From positions 592,441 to 656,440 of the forward strand of contig NMRA01000216.1 of NCBI GenBank assembly GCA_002633005.1: a stretch of DNA of 64,000 nt, given 5' to 3'. The notes under the pieces are model-generated. The model made no database searches and had not been told where the DNA came from. It was given only the letters and a program-made list of their open reading frames with translations. This stretch comes from Phoronis australis (taxonomy: Eukaryota > Animalia > Phoronida). A program made the translations under genes and the position numbers. Below are positions 1 to 13,300 of the stretch, piece after piece (position 1 is the first letter of the stretch; every line of letters begins with the position of its first letter).

Positions 1-727
1 AGTTATAATCAAATCTCTTGATTTTTGCTATGGGAACACTTAACTGGAGGCAATTCATTTACAGTGGTCCCACATTCTAAGAACTAGGATCTCCACTAAA
101 TAACGGGCATCAAACTGATTCTCAAAATCCAGGACACTTGTAACAGGTTGTAGGTTCTGAGCAGACAATAAATCAACGCCACAGAGCAGAATCACACAAT
201 AATGAAGTGTAAGGCCAAAAATAGCTCAACTGTTTCTAGTCTGATCCTGACTCATTTCGAAGCCTCCCCTTCAAAGCGACATCTGGTGGCCCTTGATAAA
301 AAAGACTAAGAAAGATCCTGAAGGATTATGAGCTGTAATCAGGTGACGCTAAAAAGGAGATTAATAAGTATCTCACCCTGAGCTGCCATCATGTAACTTA
401 TGAACGCAGCATCAATTTTCAAATAATAACCCAAATCACACAAAACAGAACCAATTATGTTATTTGTTTGGCCAAATGAGGAACTCCAAATTGTCTTGGT
501 GGTCCTATTGAAACAAGGGTATTACCCCTAGAAATGCCATTATTCAGATATTCACAAAGAACCTTTACCCACAAATGATCCCATGCAGATAAAATGCTTC
601 TTGCTCCCAATCAAAGAGGAATACATTATCATTAGGGCCACCAAGTGAACAGAGTCAATCAATACTAGACATTATCAAATACTAAGTCGGAAATCAATTT
701 CATGGAAATCCTATCTGTATTACAGGG

Positions 728-3700
728 TCACCTCTTCCCACTCTTGAAGTGTCTGTCATGGTGTAGCCGTGGATGTTTCATTTTAAAATTATACAGCCCA
801 GGAGCAATGACTGTGAGCAGATAGTGCAGGAAAACTGCCGTGAGGCCCCAAATTTTGTGATCCCCTCCTAGGAATACAGGCATGGTGTAGCCAGGAACTG
901 TCAGTGTGCCACGGCGGGTACCGCGGAATGTGGTCTGTCTCACATTTTCTGGCGCACACAGAGACTGGATTGTTCTGGTGAAAATTAACTCTACCTAGAA
1001 TGGTAAAGAATGACAAGTGAAGTGACTGGAATATGAAATTCCGCTAAAGATTGGAAGAGTGTCTTAAGGTTATGCGAGACCTCATTGACAGGTCTGCATA
1101 CTTTGTCAATTATCTTTTACTTTTAGTATCTTCTCTTTAATATTTTTTATTATTCATTTTGTTTCATCAGTCTTTACATGTTAGTTTCTTATTCATCATT
1201 GATTATTTAAATCTTGTCTTTCATTTTGTAATTCTGTTAGTTTGTCTTACTGTCTGTGTATGTTTTCTATGTTATTACTGAGGTCCTCCATGGAAAGCAG
1301 TGAGAACTGATGGGGCTACCCTCATTGTAAATATTACAACAAATAAATACATAAACAAATATATATAAAAATATTTATTTTAACTCCATAGAAGTATATA
1401 TTTTTTGAAAATACAAAGCCTGTAGAATTTGATTTCTGACTTTTTACCATTCTGTTACCAATTGGTCATGCAACCATGTCTTTTATCAGTAAAATTTAGA
1501 AAAAAAGAAATCAAGGCACCTTGATAGCAAAAGAGCAGTACCAATAACAAGATCAAATTTTATTTGATATAAATGTTCAAAATGAGATCTCAAAAACAAA
1601 GCACTGTTCTAATACATCAGTCATTTCATTTCCATTTTATGTCAATCGTAAAAGTCCTATTTTTGGTAGCCCCTCATACGAAAGTTGATTATTTTAAAAA
1701 AAATTCCTAAAGGCATTTTGGAAAACAATGCATAAAGCACAGTACCTGAAAGTTTAAGATATATCCAACCAGTCGTTTCTGAGATATGATGTTCCGAAGT
1801 TGGCCAAATTTGGACATATTTCTAGGGTCCTAAATAACCTTAACCGAAGTTGATTTCATTGCTGGCAATCATTGACATTATAATGAGTCAGTCTCGCTTA
1901 CAAAATTACTTGTCAGAAATTATTGGAAGCTGTAAAAGGTGCAGCAAGCACAACATAACTGAAGTTCGAAAACTGACTTCGCTTAAATCGATCAGAACCA
2001 TTCTTTTTGTTTACAGCTGATTCTTTTTAAATTACGGACTGTTACACTGTCTGGCTAACAGATGTCAAGTTTTAAACCTCGCTGTGAGTACTAAAGGAAG
2101 GAACTAGTTCCCAACTTCTAGTAACACCTATATAGTGTCAGACGCTCATGTATTTAGATGTACAGACTTTGTGCATGCGTATGTATGTGTGTACGTGTGT
2201 CTGCTCAGTGTGTGTGTGTGTGCGTGTGTATGTGTGCGTGCGCATGTGGATTTACTTTGTAATACAGTCAGTATCATACCTCCTTGTCGCAAGGTTTAAG
2301 TGCAGCCACATCAAGTTCACCACAGTATCCAACAACAGGTGTCGCTAGCACAGAAGCCTGTGGAAAACAACAGCCATCATTCAAACAATGGTCACAAATT
2401 ACGGGAAAAATTTTTCAATTTGAGGCAAAAATAATTGCTAAAATTGACATATTTCTATCTCAGATGCTTACCACATTCCTGCAAATGTTAACATTTTTCC
2501 AAATGTTATTTGGTAATAGCTACGCCATACAAACCAAGCTAAAAGCAAAGTAAATTTCCCTTATTCAGTTACTATTGTTGAGAAATTTGACAAAACAAAG
2601 TTTCACCTGTCTGTCATATTGTGTCTCAAACTGAATAACTTTTACCGTAAATAAACATACATAGGGTCTGTGAATACAATTTTTCTATCAAAAAAACTGT
2701 CAACTGATCAATGTCCTGATATGCTTAACCACATAAGACTATATGAGCACACCCATAGTCAAGCGAATGTTAAATTGGATACTTACAACAAATTTAAAGT
2801 AAATGCTCTCAATTACAACTTTAATACTTATTATTTAAGTGAACATGCGGCTACAAACCCCTATTCGGTCCAGGAAGCAAACTCACCACTATAATGTTGG
2901 TCTCAACATGTTCGCTCACTCACTGATTAGAAGTAATCCCCTGTGTTTGAAAGAACTGAAAATTCACTATTCATTGAAACCATGCTTGGTGCATGAAATA
3001 ACATGCCATGGGAACGCAACGTGTAGAGTCTGATCACAAGCAGTTACGAACAGTCAGTGCTTTCGATGCACTGAAATCATTTGCAATTTGACTAGGGAAA
3101 TTTTTGAGACCAATTTCATACTGGTAAACAGCCTAAATCAAAAGTTAGTTTTTGTAACGGCAAAGCCAGATTTACAACCCCTTTAAGAGATATTCTTTGA
3201 TATTTGAATTACTGAGATACTGATCTATGTATTGACACATTTGTTACCATCAAACCATAAGGCAACATCTCTTTAAAATACAAAAAAAAACAGTTTTGAA
3301 AATTGTGGGAATTCACAAAAATGTTACAAGCCTTTGAAAAATGAATAAAGAGCATTTTTGGCTATTATTTTTTAGCAAAACTGGTGACTGTAGTCAACAT
3401 TTATTTCTATTTTTGTACGATTGCCATTTCATCAATTATCTTGAGCATCCACTAAAACTAATGGCCTCTCCTTCAATGCCTTTACTCACCCGAGTGGGTA
3501 AAGAAGCCATCATCCCCCAGACGTCCACTCTGTGGGGGTCTAAGTCCACCTCTTCCTTAGCCTCCCGTAGTGCTGTGTCCACTGCACTCTGGTCACTGTG
3601 GTCAGTTATACCACCAGGGAAACTGGAAGACATCAGACAGGTCACTCTCGATTTGTATCAAAGCTAAAAATTGACTTAGTAATGAAACTATAACAGTATA

Positions 3701-4977
3701 AAAAAGGACAATTAGTGCTTTCACACGTTCTAAATACACCGCAGAATTAAGAAACTTGGTAGAATCCCCATTTGGAACCGTTTCATGCAAGAGGACGCTG
3801 CAGTCTAGTCAGTTAAAATAGCTTATACCCGCACAATTCCTATCCTATGTATAGTTGATGAAACTAGAAAAAAATCCGTTCTTTGCCACGAAATGAGTAG
3901 GGGATGCCACTGCATATTGAAACTGACACAGACAATACTCAGTCAACTTGGAATTCAAAATACCGTAAGTATCTAAGGCTATAAAAAATAATTTTAGGCA
4001 GTCTAGTACAACCACTGTACCAGACAGCCTGCAATTATTTTGGTACAATGCTTGTACCAGTCATGTGCAGGATGCTCAGGTGGGCCCACTGTACTGATCA
4101 CTTGGAACCATTGTTATGCATTATTACAACCAAACGGAGGAGCTAGAGATCTGAGTCAAGGGTCTACCAGTGTACCCCAGTGGGACTCGAACCCACGACC
4201 TTGAGTAAAGGGAGCAGACACTTACGTATCTCAATAGGCCACACTGCCTCCTCACCCAAGATTATAACAAATAATGCAAAATCCTCCCTAATACAATATT
4301 ACTTTCATCTCTTCCCAAATTACACCCATGCACAACGAAACCAAAATACAGGAGTGTGTCCCTATAGAGAGTCTCTGCTAGTTCCAATATGAGAAAGGAC
4401 CTGGGATTTCACCACTCTCAACAGTTGACCAAAGACTTAATCTCACCAATTTAGGACACGGCATGGCTAACAAATTTTATTTTGCCATTTTTTCCAAGCA
4501 ACCTACACAATACATAATTAATTGCTTTTCCATGTTTAAGTTTTGTACCACAGTATCAGACAGTTTAGAAAAATTGTGGGCATTCAGAATAATGCGAGAA
4601 GTGCAAATGGTCATTTTGACAATAATTGTCCAAAATTGGTATGACTTTAAGATAAACCATTAGGTTACATAGCACTGTCACCTGACATCCCCCCTGTGAC
4701 TTCGCACGTGACAAGATCGCTTCATGAACAGCAATGATGGCTCCCCATTCACATGACAAAGAGGTATCAACACAGCTGAGGTGCGACGGTAGGAAGACTT
4801 TGCTTTGGAATACCAAGATGGCATCTTGTGAAATAGCTCCTGACAACGGGATTTGTTTTCATGATCGTATATGTTTTCTAGAGTCACGTGAAAGTGTCGC
4901 CACTGTCGTCGACAGATCAAGTGTTTCCCTCTGATGAGAAAGCTTCCTGAGGTCTTGACAAGCATAACCGATGACAT
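728..4977 (-). CDS. NUDT8: Nudix hydrolase 8-like CoA diphosphatase, probably mitochondrial; 4 coding exons, ~257 aa
   Basis: Exons 4977-4682, 3622-3490, 2357-2280 (ASVLATPVVGYCGELDVAALKPCDKE, absent from the ORF track) and 994-728. All introns are GT-AG with matching phases; total 774 nt. CoA-Nudix motif LLFMKRSCHVRSHRGDVSFPGG, Nudix box GITDHSDQSAVDTALREAKEEVDL, C-terminal IWGLTA motif. The basic N-terminus lacks acidic residues and resembles a mitochondrial presequence. Confidence 0.9.
1064..1843. mobile_element. Non-autonomous TIR DNA transposon, TTAA target (Kolobok-type), with a nested LINE-like 3' tail
   Basis: TTAA-GGTTATGCGAGACC ... GGTCCTAAATAACC-TTAA. The interior resembles copies at 24576, 31779, 49099 and 57490. 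About 250 bp of extra sequence (~1120-1360) ends in GGTCCTCCATGGAAAGCAG..GATGGGGCTACC..AATAAA. Confidence 0.65.
2170..2248. repeat. Imperfect (TG)n microsatellite
   Basis: Alternating TG/CG/TA run just downstream of the NUDT8 exon 3 donor. Confidence 0.85.
2400..2649. mobile_element. TA-flanked MITE (Tc1/mariner-type), family B
   Basis: TACGGGAAAAA.. / ..TTTTACCGTA ends; shares the CATATTGTGTC-AAA subterminal block with copies at 27963, 30880 and 48472. Confidence 0.55.
4171..4250 (-). mobile_element. tRNA-derived SINE head (Pol III A and B boxes)
   Basis: Minus strand reads GGAGGCAGTGTGGCCTATTG..GGTCGTGGGTTCGAGTCCCAC: an A-box-like motif, a B-box and a T-stem, but no intact cloverleaf. Confidence 0.55.
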
Positions 4978-5844
4978 TCTACTGAAACCAAGGAAACATA
5001 CTAAACTTAATGTGGCGAAACAGTTTCAAAGAGTGAAATTCAACACATTCTGCACACCATTCTGGCAAAATATATGTGCCTTGTTATCCGTGGAATAATA
5101 CACGCTCAGCATTAGGTGAAGCTAGTATTGTTAAGCTGTGCTCAGCTTATCTGGGCAGCATCATTAGGTTCTGCTAAGACGAATGTGTAAAGGGTCTATC
5201 TACTTCTGTTAGCCACATCTTCATTGGCTAGTTTTTTACACACATAGATGACTTCTGCTCTGCTGGGCGTGGTCTTGATGTAAAGTTGTATATTTATACA
5301 GCCTTGTATCAATGAGGGCAAATAAATGGCCTAATAAAATATGACAAAAAAATGCGCATCCACAAGCGATATATTGTACATAATAAGACATGACTGACCA
5401 GTGTAAATTTTGTAGTAGGCAACAAGTAGCCCCTCAGCTGGCTATGCAGGGGCGACAACACCCTCCATTTGTCTATGTGATTGTGTTAACTTCATCGGGA
5501 TATTTTAAAGGGGCAGTAGGCCAAATACACAGCTTTGTGCTGGGCATAAAAAAAGGCAAAATTAACCATTAAAAATTACACTCTTTTCTGAGTAAACTAA
5601 ATTATTTCAAGTGTTCGAAAAATAGGCATTCTGCCGTTACTTTACTGCTTAAGTTGTGAATGGATCTTGTGCATTGGCTTTCAGTGTAATGAAATATAGC
5701 GTCATCTAGTGACCAGTTTCATTTTTCGCCAATTCTTCAACCAATTGCTTTTCCACGAGGTTGCGTGTAAGTCACAACAAATTATTGCAACTGTTTTCAT
5801 TTTGTTACAACACTTACTATTTAATACCACAAATTTTGGGCACC

Positions 5845-5954
5845 GGTCGGATATAGCGGTCCCTGATTTAGAGAACCAGTTTTATCCACTAAATAACAGG
5901 CCTGTTATTCAGTGATCGCCTGATTCTATAAATCAGGGACCGCTATATCCGACC
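5845..5954. repeat. ~110-bp palindromic element (foldback MITE)
   Basis: GGTCGGATATAGCGGTCCCTGATTTA is perfectly inverted at 5929-5954; the centre is the palindrome AATAACAGGCCTGTTATT. Confidence 0.8.
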
Positions 5955-5999
5955 AGTTCCCAGTTTTTTGTCATGAATCTGCTATCATCTCCCGAGACA

Positions 6000-6600
6000 C
6001 TTGCAAAGAATTTAGGAAATGGCGCAAGCGCATGTCATGAGCGTAGGCCTACTGTTTTCAGTGTTTTCAAAACGACGATATAGACTTTTCTTTGCTACAA
6101 AAGGTGGAGAGTAATGCAAGAAAATGGTGTTTTATACACTTGAACGGCTGACACGGGCAAGGTGAGTGTCAGTCGTTGACTCCCAGACTTTGCATGCACC
6201 CCCAATACAATATGTTGATATAAGTTTCACCACGAGGTGATGAGCAGAACTACCCGGGAGGTGTGGAATTTTGAGGTCTGTTGAAGCTTAACTCACAGTG
6301 GTTCCTAGCTGTATTTCGACGATAGTCTTCACACAGCTAGCTAATTCAGTAATTGGCTATGTGATGTGGACTGTGCTGTGGTGGCAGTGTGAAGCCTAAG
6401 GCTAAGGCACACTGCACTGCAGTAGCTGGCATTCAATAGTAAGATAAATCATCACAAACCACAATACATTCATAATGCAAGTAAGCTGCCAGGTTACTCT
6501 CGTTACAATGGATTGTCAGTGTGTATAACCCAATGGCACAAACACAAGGAACAAGATTTTGCACGAAAAAAAGCAGACAGGCTTCTTACCCGGAAGTCAC
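6000..6600. promoter_or_regulatory. Candidate divergent promoter / first-exon region between NUDT8 and the SPRY gene
   Basis: YY1-like AAATGGCG at 6017, NRF1-like GCGCAAGCGCATG at ~6022, ETS site CCGGAAGT at 6590. Consensus plus-strand donor AAG|GTGAGT at 6162 and minus-strand donor CGG|GTAAG at 6589. The first coding exon of each flanking gene is preceded by a splice acceptor, so both need non-coding first exons. Confidence 0.4.
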
Positions 6601-9573
6601 TATTCAAGTCATGCGGAGATAAGTGCTTATTGGTACAATATCTTGGCTCACAATATTCTGAAGATACTTAGGTGATATTTAAGTTGTATAGGAACGTTGC
6701 TGATGTATTTAGTACCCCTATTTTAACATCTTATTTTCCAATGGTTAAAACGTTTTTAATTGTGGGATTTTCAAATAATAAAAATAAGACTTTGCAAATT
6801 AAAGCTGACTCTGCATTACATAGGAGCTGATGCAGTTAGCAACATGTACACACAAATTATGTGTCATTTCGTGGTACATTTTGTGTATTTAACGCTTTGA
6901 TAACTAGTACAATGCACAGCCACTATGTCTAGATTACATCGCAGTGCGTGATGAGACGACAGGTATTCTCAAAATTCTTTGTTAAATTCACAGTTTATGC
7001 CTACAAATTGACAGGTGGTGACGTTTATGTTGAGTTACACAGAGCTGAGTGCTTCCGCTACTGCGGGCTTAGGCTTAAAAGGGAACTGTATTTTATTCTG
7101 AATGAATTCTGGATAGTTTTCTATGAATTGTTGATTAATTTCACAAATAATTCAACTCCAAAAATTAAACTTATGTTCTCTAACGAAGCTCAAAATATTA
7201 CCGGCTTGGAGCGCTGCTTAGTCTCGTGACGTATTTGGCGGGGGCAAAGTCACTGTCCTGTGTTAGCGTGCAATCAAGTAGCGTTTTTTATATTGTCGGA
7301 ATAAGAAATTTTAGTGTGAAATTTCGGGTCACAAGGGATACCTGTTTGAGCCAAGGCAACACAAAGTGATACCTAGTCATCGCCATCGTCAGACGAAAAT
7401 TTGCCGGTGTAACTGGTGTCAGTGACTGTGCAATGTGGACTCTAGCCATCCAGTCAGCCAGTTGTCAGCCAATACTCCGGCAGCTCTGTAAACTTGAAGG
7501 GTTGGTAAGTTACCGACTGTACCTGTATGAAGACTATCGTACCACTGTGTGTTGAGCTCCGTTAACCCCGAAATTTCAGACAGCCGTTGACTACCCGGGT
7601 ATAGTTGACTCAGTTATGCTCGTCACCTCGTCGTAAAACTTAGGCTACATCAACATATAAAGCTAACGGACCGGCGGGGGCGCATGCAAAATCTGATATA
7701 GTCACCCGACACTTCCATTGTTCGTTGCAGCCGTTTAAGTGGAAAACAATCAAATAAACGTCCTTTGGTAGCATAATTTGCCGCCTTTTTAACAAAGAAG
7801 TGTGTCGTCCGTTTCAAGAACAGCACGCTCGTGACACGGCGCACGCGCCATTTCATAAAAATTTGAGACGTCTTTCGGGACATCATAACAGCTTCGCAGC
7901 ACCAAGGTTGTTCTAAAATTCGGTTTGCTGGTGTAAAAATACTAAAAACTTGAAACAAAATGAAACAAGCTCCGATAATTTGTTATAACATGTACGCAAC
8001 CTAGGTACCGTCAGCGACGAACACATGATAAAAGAATCAGGGGGAAAAGAAACTGGTAAAGGTCAGGTGACGTAATCGCAAAAAGCCGACTCAAGAAAAC
8101 ACATCACAATTTTACTAGCACCAGCCGATGAACGATCGCTAACATTTCCAACACCGGTAAATACAGAAGTTAGTTTACTCTAGGAACCTGTTTCCTAGGT
8201 TTACTCAAGGATGACTTAGTTTTAATGACATTTATTTGAGTCAGATTTTATTTGCACATTTTTTACCCATATCGGCTTAAACCTGTAGGCCTATATCTAG
8301 TATACACTGAGCTTTGGGCTGGTAACCCGGCGATGGTATGCGATGACCATCCCTTTAGAAGACGCCTTTTTCGAAGAGTTTGAGCAACCAGGTGCCATAC
8401 AAAAAGGCATAGCGAACCTTTTACGGCACTGTGGCAAACAATAAAAAATAAGGACGATTGATACAATGATAAATTACGATGTAAACTCTTCAAATATGAC
8501 ATAAGCAATGAATGTGCAAAGCAGCCGATACCCCGCCGTTCACGTCACTGACACATCAGCTAATCAGCGATCGCTTTCAGAATTCAGTGTTTTGACCATG
8601 AATACGAATTGGCTTTTGTTTGGCACGCAAGTCAGGCAAATGCGAGTTTTATTTGTATGTTAGAACCGATTAACTGTAACATTATTTTGACTACAGTCCC
8701 CTTTTAACCTGAGTGGCTTAGTTAAGGTTCGATTGCCTGGGTTTGCCAGCCAGCTACAGACTGCAGTAGGCCTACATAGCTGTGACTGACTGAAAGTCAA
8801 AATGCTATTTATTAATAGTTTTGATGTCCCAAAGTTGGAATGCATTGGCAAATTGGTTTCCCAAGTAGTTCTCAACACTGTCTTATTATCAAACTGTTTT
8901 TTTTTTTGCTGGTAACTAATCTGCTAAATTGCATCTGCCTGAGGATCACTTGCACGATTTAATCGGAAGTATTCATTCCACACTAGTCTTAATTCACCAA
9001 CCTGTAAATGATGGTTAATGAAGTATCAGTGACAGATATACTGTCTCCGCATATTTAGCCTTTTTGCCTAGGGGCAGCTGTTTCCTGTGCACTAATTGAG
9101 TTGTTGATCTGATGCACATAGTTATTAGCCGAAAATTATGCGTATAATTCCTTGCAAAGTGTAAAAACTGAAAATTTAACTAACTTGGCGCCCGGCAACA
9201 ATTTGTTAGTTCTATGATGATAGTGTGGGACGGAGGGGACCACATATAATTTGGAAGGTCTATGATGTACATAACACGATATTGTCATGGTACACCTAGT
9301 AGCCAGCACACCTATTCGGGATAGTCAAAATTTCTGAGTACATCAAAATTCTAAAGGTAGTTCAATTAGCATCATAAGCTTAAGTAATGTTTTTTATTAT
9401 CCCATGGCATGAGTAGGTAATAGCTTGTTCAGACTGGTGATAACTGCATCTTAGTTGTAGTTCCTAAAGTCCCTAAGATTTCTTCGTGGCCATTTTGCAT
9501 AATGTGAGGGATGAAGTTTGTCCTTGCAGTATATTTCATAACACCCTGAGAAAACATTGCAGCACTGTCCACG

Positions 9574-10025
9574 CAGGCGTTTATCTAGAATTTTGAAAAT
9601 AGGGTGTCCAAAATGGGTTCCCAATATTCCAGGGCATCCATAATTCTGACGCGTAACCCCCCCCACCTCCAGCAATCGCCCCAAACACACAGATTGTTTT
9701 TACAAGGTTTTTACATCTAAGTTTACAAAACAGCCTTCTGTAGTGAGCATTTTTAGTAAAAAATTGGTGTAGACCAAGACTTTTACAATGCTATCAACCA
9801 GGTGTGAGCATAGCAACAATGTATATACTTTGTATATACATTGTATATTTCTTCCTGCTTTGAAAAAAGCCCCCACTGAGGATTCAGAGGCTTCCTAGTT
9901 ATCATTACAATGTGTGAGTCCAAACTTGAAAGGTTCCTATTGACAGTGGGCGTCCAAATGATACATTGGGTGTCCTTGCCAGAGCATCCATATTAGTGCT
10001 AGGGCCTACGCTGCATAAAGGCCTG
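9574..10025. mobile_element. hAT-type MITE with an 8-bp target-site duplication
   Basis: TIRs CAGGCGTTTATCTAG / CTGCATAAAGGCCTG; flanks TGTCCACG (9566-9573) and AGTCCACG (10026-10033), 7 of 8 identical. Confidence 0.7.
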
Positions 10026-10340
10026 AGTCCACGTTACGACATGAATTTGGTTAACAATCCTAAAATGTTTATTTTTTGTTTTATGATGTCTGTTCAGTTC
10101 AAATCATGCTAATGATGACTAGTTTTTCGCAATGTTAATTTTGGCGAGAAATTAGAAATAAATAAAATTTCACAAGTCTATCTTGTGTTCTAAATTGAAG
10201 ATTGTTTAACTTTGCATTTTATTTACTTTTAAGTCTAGTAATTGTCATTTGTTTTTGTGTTTTTAGGAATCTGTGCAATATGTAAAGTGGAATCTTCACT
10301 TTTCAAATGGAATTTAGCCAAGAAACTTGACACAGTCATA

Positions 10341-13300
10341 ATGCCTGGAGGTGCAAACCTGTATCGCTGTGCAGGCGATATACAGTTTGAGACGGTGGCG
10401 CCACAATTAGGCCAGATATGTGATGTCAGGCTGAAACAATTCTCGGAGACGTGCAATTTCCTTCAGTACAAGAAAGCTCTCACCCCGGAGCATCCTTATT
10501 TCTTTGCACAAATCCGAGCTCTTGGTATGTTTTACTTGTGAAGTAGACTATAGGAATAACAATTGATACTAGTTGAGTTTATTTATATGCATATTTATAA
10601 CTTCCATTTACAAGCACATTATAATCCAATTTGTGTTTATTGGCTCATTCTCCTACCCCCTGGCTAACCTAACACCTTGGTATTCAGGGAAGCATCAATC
10701 GGTGTAGGAACGCTTTAAAAAACTGCTAAGAAAGAAGTTAAATTGCGTGTTTAATTTCGCACTAAGTGGGTGGATTCACCAGTAGAGCATCGTTACATCA
10801 ATACAGAGGTGTGTGACCGGACACTTTAATCCGTTCGAGTTTTTTGTGTCCAATAAGTCACACACACAAACTTCAAACAAGCTTTTTAAATGGTATTGTA
10901 ACTTAATTGGAACCTTGATAAATGATAAATTCCTACTGTCAATCAGTCAAACTTTGATTTCAAGCAGTAAATGTTTGTCTGTATTTCAGCCAAGCGCAGC
11001 ATCATCACCATAGGTATAGCCGGGCCAGACATGGCTGAGGATGCTCACCCGGGTAATTGGAACAACACAGTGGGTTACCAGAGTAACACTGGTCGATGCT
11101 ACTCATCACACAAGACCAGTGCTAACACCGATGGAGAGAAGTTTGGAATCGGTAAGTTTTGCTGGCTGATGCTTGACTTGGTAATAGGATTAGGGTTTTC
11201 TGATAGTAATCCCCAGTCCCCGCCTTTTTAGTACCCTAAGTATAAGCCCAGGTTTATCTTCGGAAGAAGATTCTATGAGTGGAAAATATAACACCAACAT
11301 TGCATTGAATCAGAGAGAACTTGGGGGACCCTTTTGAAGTTAGTTCTGTTCCAGTTGTGTGGTCATCTATAGCTACAACGTCAATGTAGAATAATGTCTG
11401 TGACATTCCAATAATACCCTTTGTAAACTCTGTCCTGTTTCTCATAAAACCTTGTTTTTTTGTCCCTCGGTGACATTGTTCCTTCTGGGGACTTACTACA
11501 AATCATGAAATTTTAATTGTGACTCTGAATGTAGGCTTTTATTTTGGGGGGGGGTTGTGAAAAATCTTGGTGAGAGTCATATTGAGATATTTTTTGGACT
11601 GCTCTAGATGCGATTTATAATTGATTTTAATTTGCATTTATAGTAAAACTCCATGAAATTAATATGTAGTTGGTCTTGGGAAGCTGTTCTTTGGTTTGAT
11701 GTATTTGTTATGTACTCATGTAAGAGCCATATTTCGTTTTTTTCCTGACAATAGTGCATGTACTTGTCTGTGTAGGTGATGTGTTTGGTGTTTTGGTGAC
11801 CTATTTTGGTAAAGACATGTCAACGGTGATGTTCCTGAAGAATGGACAACCTATAGCAACTAGGTATGTTAAGATGTTTTAATTCAAAGATTTTAGCTAC
11901 ATGTTCTAAATGCTCAGATACTGTCAATAGCAAACAGCTGACATTCAACTTTTTAGCATTGTGGTTGTACAGAATCAACTTCCGCTTGACCCATTTCCAA
12001 AGTCTGGTGCAGAAGACTGGTCGAGTAAAGAAAGACAAAAGCCAATTTTTTATTCACAGATATTTTGCAATGTTGGGGTTTGTTGCTAGAACCATCCATT
12101 GAGCAACTAATTTGGTGGCTTGACTATCACATTTGAAATTCTGTGGTATAGCACAGTTGATTGGATTACTGGTTCTCCTATGTGATGCCTGATTTCAAAG
12201 CAGCATTTTACGAATGGTCTCTGGCCACCTTGCAGTCATTCTTAACTCGAGTGCATGAAAAAGAGGGAACTCATCTAGTGGCCGTCATGGCCGTCATTTG
12301 TACGGAAAGTTTTAAAAACGTACCTACTTGGATGACATAGCCAATGGAAAAGAAAGATGACCTGTTTCAAGGAAACCTCAGCAAAAATGACAGCTAAACT
12401 GAGAATTTTATCATTTCTGATTGATAACTTTTTTCAAGCCTACAACTCGCCGTTTTAGTTTGATGAATACTCAAACAAAAATTGTGATCATGGGCTATTG
12501 CCTTCCATTTTTACTAAAAATGTCACACTGATGATCAACAAGTGTTGTTAGACATGTTTTTGGGGGAATTGCCTTCCTGTCCTGTGACATCAGAGAGCTA
12601 ATACAGAATCTGTATATGGCAAGTACCAGTCTCACGAAGTATGACCCCCTTTTACAAACCCTAGTTGAGTCCCTGGAGTGAATGTGGTGTGAGTGTATTG
12701 AGGAATGCTATGAGAGGTTATGCCTCTTAAAATATTTATAAGTAAAATCTCTTTCCAAATCAAAGATGAAGTGTAAGTTGCACTAAACACTTTTCCAAAA
12801 AAAAATTTTTTATCATCTAGCAGCACACCTTATTTCAATTCATTGGTGGTTTTTTAGGATAAGGACTATCTATGGTTTCATTAATGTGCAGATTTTCTCT
12901 TACACTAGTGTCATATTTCAGGTACTTGTTTGAAACAGATCACACAAAATTCTTGCCAACAATTTCACTCGAGTACGGACCAATAGAGCTAGGCCTCATG
13001 TGGCCTGAAGCGGTGATGGGTATTCCAAAGTATAGTGAGGTACATCGATACATGTTGTAGTCGTTCACAACTGCAGTGAAGATTATTTGATGCCTTGACA
13101 GGGACATGATGTAATACCTAGATTAAAATGTGCTTTTTTACATAAATATTGATATGATAAATTAAAAAGTATTTTTTCTCAAACCATCCATGTCTTAATT
13201 ATAATTGGTTGTGTTAATTATATTCAAAATGAATTGATCAACACAAAAACTGTGTTCACTTAAGCAGGATACAAAATGATTTAGATAAGTGGAAATACAA

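Noticed and set aside
4171-4250. tRNA gene
   Set aside because: Only the B-box and T-arm are well formed; acceptor and anticodon stems do not pair convincingly, so it was called a SINE head.
7318-7578. 12-bp inverted repeat TGAAATTTCGGG / CCCGAAATTTCA about 240 bp apart
   Set aside because: Short, with no target duplication or second copy; it could be chance or a pair of transcription-factor sites.
9816-9844. 13-bp perfect hairpin ACAATGTATATAC-TTT-GTATATACATTGT
   Set aside because: AT-rich, low complexity and internal to the hAT-type MITE; no independent evidence of function.
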